From Chloroflexota bacterium (GTDB taxonomy: Bacteria > Chloroflexota > Limnocylindria > QHBO01), in assembly GCA_040005815.1 (NCBI GenBank), contig JBDTYC010000002.1, positions 1 through 33,324 of the forward strand: a stretch of DNA of 33,324 bases, in the 5' to 3' direction. The notes under the pieces are model-generated. The model was not told the origin of the DNA, made no database searches, and was given only the letters and a program-made list of their open reading frames with translations. The translations under genes and the position numbers were made by a program. Shown in pieces: positions 14,973-22,523 of this stretch. Every line of letters starts with the position of its first letter. The first letter of the stretch is position 1.

Positions 14973-17849
14973 CTAGCGGCGCCGTCTGCGGAGCCTGCCC
15001 CATCGTCCAACGCGGGCGGCAAGGGGCACTCCACCGAGGATCGCCGGCACGACGAAGAAGGTCATCAGGGCCGGCGGGTCGACCGGGAGGCCGCCGGCCG
15101 GCGCGGGCGTGGGGACGAGCGTGGGGGCGGGCGTACAGTCTCCGGGCTTCCCGGGCGGACAGCCACCGCCACCGCCACCGCCACCGCCACCGCCACTCCC
15201 CTGCGGAGTGGGCACCGGCGTCGGCGTGGCGCGCACCTCACCACAGATCGGGGCGCCGAAGCCGGTGTTGCCGCGCAACGGCGAGATGAGCAACCACACC
15301 TTGTCAGGTCCGAGGGTGCCGATCTCGTTCGGATCTCCCTTCGGTCCCAGCTGCCCGTTCACGAAGCGGTCCGCCCAGCGTTGCGCCGCACGCACCATCT
15401 CAGGCGGTCGCCGGCTATCCTGGGCCACCTCCTTGACGACGTCGAAACAAGACCCGCTCACCAGCTTGCCAACGTTGCCGGACGCATCCGGGGTCGGCTG
15501 CGGTCCAGCGCCGCCACTCTTGTTGACGTGCACGTTGTCGGGCGGCGGGACGGTCCCGTCAAGGAAGGGAACGGTGATGGTCGGCCCGCAGGCGCCGGTG
15601 GCCTTCATCCCGCTGAAGCGGCAGACGGAAGCGGTGACGACCCCCGGAGGCTGCGGGAAGTCGTTGTTGGCGACCGCGGCGTGCCCGTTCCAGTCCCACG
15701 GCTGGTTGAGGGCGAGCTTCATGAAGTCATGCCACAGATACAGAGGACCATCGGCGCTGTAGAGGCCCACCCCGAGCTTGTTCGAGAGGGGCTCCTGGTT
15801 GTTGTTGCCCATCCAGACCCCCGTGACGAGGCTGCCGGGGACGTAGCCGAAGCCCGAGACGTCGCGAAAGTCGTTCGTCGTCCCGGTCTTGAATCCGGCG
15901 TGGCGGCGCTTGCCATCGACGTCTAAGAGCTGCGCCCGCTCGCCCCACAGGGTGTTGGTGCGCGGGTTCGTGTTGCCCTCCAGGATCCAGTGGGTCAGGT
16001 ACGACTCCGCGGTGGTCATCGGCTCGGTGGCGCTAGGGCCGTTCGCGGTCGCGTCGTAGATCACCGTGCCGTCGCGGTCACGGATCTCGATGACGGTGGT
16101 CGCCGGATGCAGCGTCCCCTGGTCGGCGAAAACGCCGTAGGCCTGAGTCATGTTGGTGAGGTTGACCGGCACCGAGCCAAGGGTCAGGGTCAGCCCGGGA
16201 TCCTCGCCGAGGATGTACTGGGAGCTGGCGACTCCCATCGTCTGGGCGAACTGCGCCGTTACATCGACCCCGACCAAGTACTGCATCATCACCGACGGCA
16301 CGTTCAGGGAGTAGCGCAGCGCGTCCATGGCCAGGACAGGCCCGTGCTCCTTGATATTCGCATTGGTCGGGATGTAGGCGTTATCCGGGTTCGACGAACC
16401 GTACTGCGTCACCGCGTCGAGGAAGAAGGTCGCCGGGGTGGCCTGGCGTGCGCGGAAGGCGGAGCTGTAGGTGATCGGCTTGAAGGCGGAGCCCGGCTGC
16501 CGGCGGCCAAGACCGGCGACGTCGAACTGGCCCCGGACGCGCGGGTCGTCTCGGTTGTAGTAGTCCACGCTCCCGACGTAGGCGACGATCTGGCCCGTCG
16601 CAGAGTCGACCGCGACCAGCGCCCCGTTGTGCACGTTCTTGTCGGAGACCGCCTGGACCCACTTGGTGACCTGCTCCTTGGCGACCTGCTGCAGCGGGTA
16701 GTCGAGAGAGGTGGTGATCCGATAGCCACCGGTCCGCACCGCCTGCTCGGGGTTCGCGACCCCCATCGCGCCGAGGATGCGCTCCACTTCGTGCTGCACC
16801 CGGAAGGCGAAATGCGGCTCGCGCAGGACCGATGTCACCTTGCTTGGATTCATCTCCTCCCAAGTGACCGCCGACGCCTCGTCGTGCTGGCGCTGGGTGA
16901 CATAGCCCTCGTGCAGCATCGCGTCGAGGACGTCGTTGCGCCGCGTGATGGCCCGCGACGGGCCGCGCGGGTTCTCGACCGGCTGGTACGGGTCGTAGTA
17001 GCTGGGGAGCTGCGGCAGCCCTGCCAGAAATGCCCCCTGGGCGAGGGTCAGCTGGCTCAAGTCCGACGTCCCGAAGAAGTTGGCCGAGGCGGCCTTGATG
17101 CCGTAGGAGCGGTTCCCGTAGTAGATGAGGTTGAGGTAGGTCTCCATGATCCGTTCCTTGCCGGCGCGTCCGGGGTAGGCCGCGGTCACCTGGCGCGCAA
17201 GGATCTGCTCCCGGATCTTGTCACCGAAGCCACGACCCTCGAGGAACGTCAGGTCGGGCTGCTCGCACGGGTCGGTCGCCGCCGCCGCGGTCCCCGGATC
17301 GAGCTCGACCGATGGTGCCGCCGAGGTTGGCGGCTCATTCCCCAACTGCGACAGCTTGATCGAGCCGGCGTACTTGATCACCTGCTGCGTGATCGTGCTG
17401 GCCCCCTGCACGATCGATCCGGCCCGGAGGTTGGCGAGCGCGGCGCGGGCGACGGCGGTGTAGTCGATCCCGTCGTTGGTCCAGAAGGTGCGATCCTCGG
17501 CCGCGACCGTCGCATTCACGATCGCATCGGGGAGCTCGGCGAAGCGCACCTCCTCGCGGTTCTCGCATTCGAACCTCGCGAGGAGGACGGTGCCGGTCCG
17601 GTCGTAGACATACGTGCTGGCCGGCATGTCGATGCCGTCAATGATGTGCGGATCAGGGAGGCCGGTCGAGAAGTAGTCATAGGCGGCGAAGAGGCCCGCC
17701 CCGGTCCCGGCTACGGTCCCACCCACGAACAGCACGAAGACCCCGACGGCGACGATCAGGAACGTTGCGAGCCCGCGTCGTGGACTGCGACGCTGGGTAG
17801 TGCGGCGGATCATCAGCCGATGACGGCGCCGCTGCATGGCCGGGTGCAT
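14973..17849 (-). CDS. Class A penicillin-binding protein (glycosyltransferase plus transpeptidase) with an unusual C-terminal extension
   Basis: 958 aa with an N-terminal TM helix. GT51 motifs are AAEDRTFWTNDGID and GASTITQQVIK. Transpeptidase motifs are SAFKP, YSLN and KTGTT. The ~230-aa tail contains Cys pairs, 13 consecutive Gly, a Pro/Thr linker, and a terminal hydrophobic helix followed by RLRRRRR. Confidence 0.95.
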   Translation of the reverse strand: MHPAMQRRRHRLMIRRTTQRRSPRRGLATFLIVAVGVFVLFVGGTVAGTGAGLFAAYDYFSTGLPDPHIIDGIDMPASTYVYDRTGTVLLARFECENREEVRFAELPDAIVNATVAAEDRTFWTNDGIDYTAVARAALANLRAGSIVQGASTITQQVIKYAGSIKLSQLGNEPPTSAAPSVELDPGTAAAATDPCEQPDLTFLEGRGFGDKIREQILARQVTAAYPGRAGKERIMETYLNLIYYGNRSYGIKAASANFFGTSDLSQLTLAQGAFLAGLPQLPSYYDPYQPVENPRGPSRAITRRNDVLDAMLHEGYVTQRQHDEASAVTWEEMNPSKVTSVLREPHFAFRVQHEVERILGAMGVANPEQAVRTGGYRITTSLDYPLQQVAKEQVTKWVQAVSDKNVHNGALVAVDSATGQIVAYVGSVDYYNRDDPRVRGQFDVAGLGRRQPGSAFKPITYSSAFRARQATPATFFLDAVTQYGSSNPDNAYIPTNANIKEHGPVLAMDALRYSLNVPSVMMQYLVGVDVTAQFAQTMGVASSQYILGEDPGLTLTLGSVPVNLTNMTQAYGVFADQGTLHPATTVIEIRDRDGTVIYDATANGPSATEPMTTAESYLTHWILEGNTNPRTNTLWGERAQLLDVDGKRRHAGFKTGTTNDFRDVSGFGYVPGSLVTGVWMGNNNQEPLSNKLGVGLYSADGPLYLWHDFMKLALNQPWDWNGHAAVANNDFPQPPGVVTASVCRFSGMKATGACGPTITVPFLDGTVPPPDNVHVNKSGGAGPQPTPDASGNVGKLVSGSCFDVVKEVAQDSRRPPEMVRAAQRWADRFVNGQLGPKGDPNEIGTLGPDKVWLLISPLRGNTGFGAPICGEVRATPTPVPTPQGSGGGGGGGGGGGCPPGKPGDCTPAPTLVPTPAPAGGLPVDPPALMTFFVVPAILGGVPLAARVGRWGRLRRRRR
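15162..15196. repeat. Hexanucleotide tandem repeat (GCCACC) x5 plus a partial copy, coding for poly-Gly in the PBP tail
   Basis: The plus strand reads gccacc gccacc gccacc gccacc gccacc gccac. On the coding strand this is (GGTGGC)n, encoding the run GSGGGGGGGGGGGGGC. Confidence 0.9.
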
Positions 17850-17856
17850 CGCGCGA

Positions 17857-17862
17857 ACGGTA
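17857..17862 (-). promoter_or_regulatory. -10-like TACCGT, 7 nt upstream of ATG 17849 (PBP gene, leaderless candidate)
   Basis: The minus strand reads ggggTACCGTtcgcgcgATG. Confidence 0.4.
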
Positions 17863-17913
17863 CCCCATGCAGGTGAATCGGTCGAATCGTGCCGCCGGCG
17901 ACGGCCTCATCGG

Positions 17914-19212
17914 CTAGGGCAGGTACTTCCTCGGGTTCTGCGGGGTGCCGTCGAACTGGACCTCGAAGTGGAGGTGGCAGCCCGTCGCGAAGCCGGTGGC
18001 TCCCTCGTAGCCGATCACGTCACCGACGTGGACCTCCTGGCCGACTGTCACGATCTCGCGCGACATGTGCCAGTAGAGCGTCGCCAGGCGCTGCGAGTGG
18101 CCGATCACGACCCCGATGGCCCAGTCGCCGTACTTCGAGTTCGGGCGCCCATCGGCAAGGACGATGCCGTCGCCGGCCGCATAGATCGGCCCACCACAGC
18201 GGCTCACGTACGACATGTCGAGTCCCGTGTGGAACGCGTTGAACCTGGTCGGACCGAATTCCTGGGTGATGAGGAACGCCCCGCGCTCCGGCCAGTCGAA
18301 GCGGCCACGATACGCGAGGTCGAGCCGGTCCGCCGCTGCCTTCAGCTTGTCGACCAGCGCCTGCTGCGCCGCGAGCTGCTGCTCCTGCGCGGCGATCAGC
18401 TCGTGCTGTGCGTCCGCGCTCTGGTTGAGGGTGGCGAATCGCTGCTCCTGCGCGTCCTGCATCTCCTGCAGCTGTGCGCGCTTCTCCTCGAGCGCCGCGC
18501 GGGCCGCGTCCAGCTGCATCTGCTGCTCGGCCAGCGCATCGGCCCGGGCGGCGGCCGCATCGCGCAGCTTCGTGAGTGTGTCCCTGCCGACGCCGAGCGT
18601 CTGGCTGCGGACCTCGAGCCGCTCGCGGGTGTTTCGAATCTCGGTGGCGAGCTTCCGGTCCTCGTCGGAGAGGGTGAGCATGTAGGAGAGCTCGCTCGAC
18701 GCCTTGGTGAATGAGTCGGTGGAGAGGAGGACCTCCAGGACCGAGGTCTGGCTCTGCTCGTAGGCGGTCCGCATGTGGTCCTGCAGGAGCAATTCCCGCT
18801 CGACCAGCTCGACCTTCGAGACCTCGATGCCGCTGGCGAGGTCGACCAGCGTCTGCTCGAGGTTCGAGATGTCGGCCTCGTACTTGCGCAGCTCGCCGCG
18901 CGCATGCTCGAGGTTTCGCGACGCCTCCTCGATGTCGCGCGCCGCCTGCTCGATCTCGAGGCCAACGCTGGTGAGGTCGCCGCTGATGCTGCGCAGGCTG
19001 GCAGCCAGGTCGGCCTCCTGGCGCTGAAGCTCGGCGAGCTGCGTGCGCTGGCGCGCGAGCTCCGTCTCCATCTGCGTCTGCTCGTTCACCGCACCGTCGA
19101 CGGTCGGATCGGTCGCGCGCACCTCCGACTGCCACTGGAACGGTGCAACGGCAACCGTCAGGAGCAGGAAGGTGGCGACCCACGGCGCGGCTGGGCGAAT
19201 GGCGATCGACAT
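17914..19212 (-). CDS. M23 family metallopeptidase with a long N-terminal coiled coil (EnvC-like architecture, catalytic residues intact)
   Basis: 432 aa with a signal peptide and ~270 aa of Q/E/A/L-rich coiled coil. The LytM domain has FHTGLD (HxxxD) and CHLHFE (HxH). AGGGAG lies upstream of ATG 19212. Confidence 0.9.
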   Translation of the reverse strand: MSIAIRPAAPWVATFLLLTVAVAPFQWQSEVRATDPTVDGAVNEQTQMETELARQRTQLAELQRQEADLAASLRSISGDLTSVGLEIEQAARDIEEASRNLEHARGELRKYEADISNLEQTLVDLASGIEVSKVELVERELLLQDHMRTAYEQSQTSVLEVLLSTDSFTKASSELSYMLTLSDEDRKLATEIRNTRERLEVRSQTLGVGRDTLTKLRDAAAARADALAEQQMQLDAARAALEEKRAQLQEMQDAQEQRFATLNQSADAQHELIAAQEQQLAAQQALVDKLKAAADRLDLAYRGRFDWPERGAFLITQEFGPTRFNAFHTGLDMSYVSRCGGPIYAAGDGIVLADGRPNSKYGDWAIGVVIGHSQRLATLYWHMSREIVTVGQEVHVGDVIGYEGATGFATGCHLHFEVQFDGTPQNPRKYLP

Positions 19213-19309
19213 GACTCCCTGATGTCGCTGGTCCTGAATGCTTCGAGCCGCGGCGCGAGGGCTTGCGCGCGGGACCCAGAGCGTCCCCGGCGCCCAGCCG
19301 GAGGGCCAA

Positions 19310-19340
19310 AGAATACCCGACGCAGTGGAATTGCGGTCAA
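19310..19340 (-). promoter_or_regulatory. Candidate promoter for the M23 peptidase gene: TTGACC, 19-nt spacer, TATTCT
   Basis: The minus strand reads ggggTTGACCgcaattccactgcgtcgggTATTCT. This would give a GC-rich leader of about 95 nt. Confidence 0.3.
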
Positions 19341-19380
19341 CCCCTTGGTCCCGGTCCGGATCGGCTGCGGCCGCCGGGTG

Positions 19381-20052
19381 CTAGTTGAGGGGCAGCCGCA
19401 TCGAGATGAGGGCGGCGCCAACCGGCCCGAGCAGGGCGGGGTCGCGGAGCAGAGTCACGACCATCCCCGCCACCAGGAACGGCCCGAATGGGATGTAGCT
19501 CTTCAGCCCCGCCCGCCGCGTCACCAGCAGGAGCGCGCTGAAGAGGGCGGAGAGGAGGCCGGCCACGAAGATGGCGACGAAGATCGCGGGCCATCCGACA
19601 ACCAAACCGATGGGGCCGACCAGGTACAGGTCGCCGAGCGCAACCCCGCCGCGGACGAGGAGGCCCAGCACCCCCATGAACGCAACCGCCGCCGCGGCCC
19701 CGATCAGCGCATCCCCCCAGCCGACGGCTGGGTTAAATGGGACGAAGAGGACGCCCACGACGATGAGGGGGTCGAGGAGAAGATGGGGAAGTCGGCGCTG
19801 CTCGAGGTCGGTCGCGGTCAGCAGGACCAGGATGGCGAGGATCAGCAGGTGCACCCCAAGCGCCCAGGTGGGGAGCGTCGAACGCCATGCGATCGCCCCG
19901 GCGACCAATCCGGCGGCGAGCGCCAGAAGGACCGTTCGAAGGCCCGGCGGCCGCTTGGAAGCCTCGTCGGGTGGCCAGACGCTCGCCAGCCGCTCCGCGA
20001 TGGCGCCGATCGCGGCGAAGGCGATGCCCGCGACCAGCGCCATGATCGTCAA
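19381..20052 (-). CDS. A24 family prepilin (type IV leader) peptidase, no N-methyltransferase domain
   Basis: 223 aa and polytopic. The two Asp motifs are LLTATDLEQRRLP and GGVALGDLYLVG, followed by IPFGPFLVAG. The track start is TTG 20052; ATG 20043 is an alternative. Confidence 0.85.
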   Translation of the reverse strand: MTIMALVAGIAFAAIGAIAERLASVWPPDEASKRPPGLRTVLLALAAGLVAGAIAWRSTLPTWALGVHLLILAILVLLTATDLEQRRLPHLLLDPLIVVGVLFVPFNPAVGWGDALIGAAAAVAFMGVLGLLVRGGVALGDLYLVGPIGLVVGWPAIFVAIFVAGLLSALFSALLLVTRRAGLKSYIPFGPFLVAGMVVTLLRDPALLGPVGAALISMRLPLN

Positions 20053-20058
20053 CGTCCG

Positions 20059-21537
20059 CTAGGCCGCCGCAAAGTCGCGCGCCAGGCGAACCAGCGTCGA
20101 GACGGTGGTTCCCAGCGATCCCTTTGGGTTGTGCGCCTTGTCCTTGATGAGATACGCGGACCCACCGATGTCGACGTGCACCCAGGGCACCGTCACGAAT
20201 TCGGAGAGGAAGACGGCGCTCTTGATCAACGATCCCTCGCGGGAGGCGGAGTTCACGATGTCCGCGTGGGCCGAGTCGAGCGTGTCGCGGTACTCGGTCG
20301 CGAGCGGCATCTCCCAGAACCACTCCCCCGTGGCCTCGGCGGCCGCGGCCACCCGGCTCCCCCACTCCCGCGGCCGCGCAAAGTAGGCGCTGATCAGGTC
20401 GCCGAACGCGACGGAGGCCGCACCCGTCAGGGTGGCCACGTCCACGATGTGCGTCGCCCCCTGCTTCTCGGCCCAGTGGAGAGCGTCGGCCAGGATCAGG
20501 CGCCCCTCCGCATCGGTGTTGATCACCTCGATGGTCTTGCCGTTCATCGCCTTCACCACGTCGCCTGGGCGCTGGGCGGCGCTGCCGGGCATGTTCTCGA
20601 CCATCGGGGCGACCGCCATGAGCGGCGTCTGCGGTGCGAGACGGGCGACGGTGCGGGCGGCGGCGAGCACCGCCGCCGCGCCGGCCTTGTCGTGCTTCAT
20701 CTCCTCCATCCGCTCCGGCGGCTTGAGGCTGATCCCGCCAGAGTCGAAACAGACCCCCTTGCCGACAATCGCCAGCCGTCGATCCCCGCCAGCCTCCCAG
20801 CCCGGCAGCTTGACCGCGATCAGCCGCGGCTCGTGGGCAGCGCCCATCCCGACCCCAAGCAGCGCTCCCATCCCCAGGGCCTGCATCTCGGAGGGACCCA
20901 GGATCTCGACCGTGCAACCGTCCTCGACCAGGCCGCGAGCGAGCTCGGCCATCTTCTCGGGGTACAAGTCGTTCGCGGATCGGTTCGACAGTTCGCGCGC
21001 CCACTCGACCCCATCGGCGACGGCCGTCGCGTCAGCGAGGACACCGTCCTCCGGAGCGTTTTCGCCGATCAGAATCAGCTCTTCGACGCTGCGGAGCATG
21101 GCCGCGGTGTCGCGCACGCGGCCGTAATAGGCATAGGGTCGATACGTCCCCTGGCTGGCACCGATGGCGGCCGCGGCATAGCCGTCCGCGTCCTCGCCAT
21201 CCCGCAGCCAGAAGGCCATGCTCGCCGCACCGCGACCCTGGAGCCGGCGAGCCGCCTTGGAGGCGCTCCGCCGCGCTCGCCACGCGCCTCGGCCGCGGCG
21301 GCCCGATGCGACGAAGAGGATTCGTGCCGCGCCGATGCCCTCGACCTCCACGAGCGCGGTCTCGTCCTCGAGCGGGTTGAACTCGCCCCACGCCAGCGTG
21401 CGGGTGATGGCGCCACCGGTGGCGGCATCGAGCTCGGCAAGGTCGGCTGAGGGCTCGCGGTCCTCGCGATAGATCGGGACCGCGAGGACGTCGGCCTGCA
21501 CCGACGCCGGCTTGCTCGAATCGGCACGAACGCGCAT
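20059..21537 (-). CDS. pepA: Leucyl aminopeptidase (M17)
   Basis: 492 aa with the M17 signature NTDAEGRLILADAL and VGKGVCFDSGGISLKP. A strong SD (GAGGAG) lies 5 nt upstream of ATG 21537. Confidence 0.95.
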   Translation of the reverse strand: MRVRADSSKPASVQADVLAVPIYREDREPSADLAELDAATGGAITRTLAWGEFNPLEDETALVEVEGIGAARILFVASGRRGRGAWRARRSASKAARRLQGRGAASMAFWLRDGEDADGYAAAAIGASQGTYRPYAYYGRVRDTAAMLRSVEELILIGENAPEDGVLADATAVADGVEWARELSNRSANDLYPEKMAELARGLVEDGCTVEILGPSEMQALGMGALLGVGMGAAHEPRLIAVKLPGWEAGGDRRLAIVGKGVCFDSGGISLKPPERMEEMKHDKAGAAAVLAAARTVARLAPQTPLMAVAPMVENMPGSAAQRPGDVVKAMNGKTIEVINTDAEGRLILADALHWAEKQGATHIVDVATLTGAASVAFGDLISAYFARPREWGSRVAAAAEATGEWFWEMPLATEYRDTLDSAHADIVNSASREGSLIKSAVFLSEFVTVPWVHVDIGGSAYLIKDKAHNPKGSLGTTVSTLVRLARDFAAA

Positions 21538-21602
21538 CGATGCTCCTCAGGCTCGGTTCAGAAGGGGCCGGTCGCAGCGCGTCCGCGCGGATCGGCCCGG
21601 CA

Positions 21603-21608
21603 AGTATA
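21603..21608 (-). promoter_or_regulatory. -10-like TATACT upstream of pepA (leader of about 60 nt with GAGGAG SD)
   Basis: The minus strand reads cctgaaccaccaccatcgggtccTATACT, in the 89-nt gap between the stop at 21627 and ATG 21537. Confidence 0.4.
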
Positions 21609-21626
21609 GGACCCGATGGTGGTGGT

Positions 21627-22517
21627 TCAGGAGGTCGGCTGGAGCAACGCCTGGAGCGCCGATCGATCGTCCGCTGCCTCGTCAGCAGCTGCCGCGAGGC
21701 GGCGGAGTGGCGTGCCGCTGATCGCCGATCCCTCCTCGCTGAGCGTGAAGGCCAGGGCGTTGTCCGCGCCACGAGCCGTCTCGGCGGCCGCCGCGTAGCG
21801 CTTCGCCGCGGCCTCCACCGCCGTTGGGTCGTTTGCGATCGTCGCTCGCGCGATGTCGCCCGCGGCAGCGATCAGGTCACGACTGGTCGTCATCCAGTAC
21901 CTGAACAGCGGCGACCGCTCCTCCCAGGCCTCGAGCAGCGCGAGGGGAGCATCGGCCTCGTCGAGGGCGGCGAGGGCCGCCGTCGGGTCGTCCCCGTCAA
22001 GCGCCGCGAGCGCCGCCGCCAGCGCGTCGACCACCGCCTCGGTGGCGTGCCGTCGCTCGACGAACGTGGTCGCGGCCTCAGCCCCGGATCGCAGCTGGGC
22101 GGCCATCTGCTGGAGGTCAGGCCCGCCGTAGGAGAGCGTCGGAACATCCGCTCCCGGTCGGATGGCGGCTGCCATGCCGGCCAGCGAACGGAGCGCCCCT
22201 CTGGCGGCGGTGGCATCCTCCCCGGCAGCGGCCAGCAGCTCCGCCGCCATGATAATCTCGGGGGCCGGTGCCTCGCCCTCGACTGTCAAGGCAGTCCCGC
22301 GTCGGGCATGGTCGCGTGCTGCCTCGAGCCCTCGGGTCAGGCGGAGGAGCGTAACGTCGGCGCCGTCGGCTGCCTCGAGCAGCCTGGCCTCCCGGGCGGC
22401 GGCGGCGGCAGGATCGGCGGCCGCCGAATCGGCCGCACGGAGGCCAAAGCCGACCGCAACCGCCAACCCCACGGCGATGCCGATCGCCGCTCGGTGACGA
22501 CCGGCGGCACCTATCAT
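21627..22517 (-). CDS. Membrane-anchored Ala-rich helical hypothetical protein
   Basis: The 402-aa track ORF (to 22835) would overlap the add gene. ATG 22517 gives MIGAAGRHRAAIGIAVGLAVAVGFGL, a charged N-terminus followed by a TM anchor, and a 296-aa protein. The opposite-strand frame here is R/G-rich nonsense. No recognisable domain. Confidence 0.6.
   Translation of the reverse strand: MIGAAGRHRAAIGIAVGLAVAVGFGLRAADSAAADPAAAAAREARLLEAADGADVTLLRLTRGLEAARDHARRGTALTVEGEAPAPEIIMAAELLAAAGEDATAARGALRSLAGMAAAIRPGADVPTLSYGGPDLQQMAAQLRSGAEAATTFVERRHATEAVVDALAAALAALDGDDPTAALAALDEADAPLALLEAWEERSPLFRYWMTTSRDLIAAAGDIARATIANDPTAVEAAAKRYAAAAETARGADNALAFTLSEEGSAISGTPLRRLAAAADEAADDRSALQALLQPTS
22512..22517 (+). 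promoter_or_regulatory. -10-like TATCAT, 6 nt upstream of GTG 22524 (add, leaderless candidate)
   Basis: The plus strand reads caccTATCATctggccGTG. Its CAT is the complement of the divergent gene's ATG at 22517. Confidence 0.45.
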
Positions 22518-22523
22518 CTGGCC

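Noticed and set aside
15990-17876. A 628-aa plus-strand ORF. The same reasoning applies to 6769..8430, 11928..13409, 13518..14627, 14709..15926, 2520..3497, 3507..4343, 4273..5199, 26859..27431 and 28528..30504.
   Set aside because: All lie antisense or out of frame to genes with strong family signatures. All have the R/G/D/H-rich composition typical of spurious high-GC frames.
19213-19340. A cyclic-di-AMP (ydaO-type) riboswitch upstream of the M23 hydrolase gene.
   Set aside because: The genomic context is suggestive, but I could not find the conserved ydaO sequence blocks or the pseudo-twofold architecture by eye. This needs a covariance-model scan.
18775-21450. An 891-aa plus-strand ORF spanning the M23 peptidase, prepilin peptidase and PepA genes.
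   Set aside because: It is antisense to three genes with clear family motifs. Its translation is R/G/D/P-rich low-complexity sequence with no motifs. Long open antisense frames are expected in high-G+C DNA.
21540-22493. The N-terminal 318 codons of the 674-aa plus-strand ORF upstream of the adenosine deaminase domain.
   Set aside because: The translation is Arg/Gly-rich and featureless. The deaminase N-terminal motif (LPKAELHLHLDG) begins only after 22524. The opposite strand encodes a protein with a proper signal-anchor.
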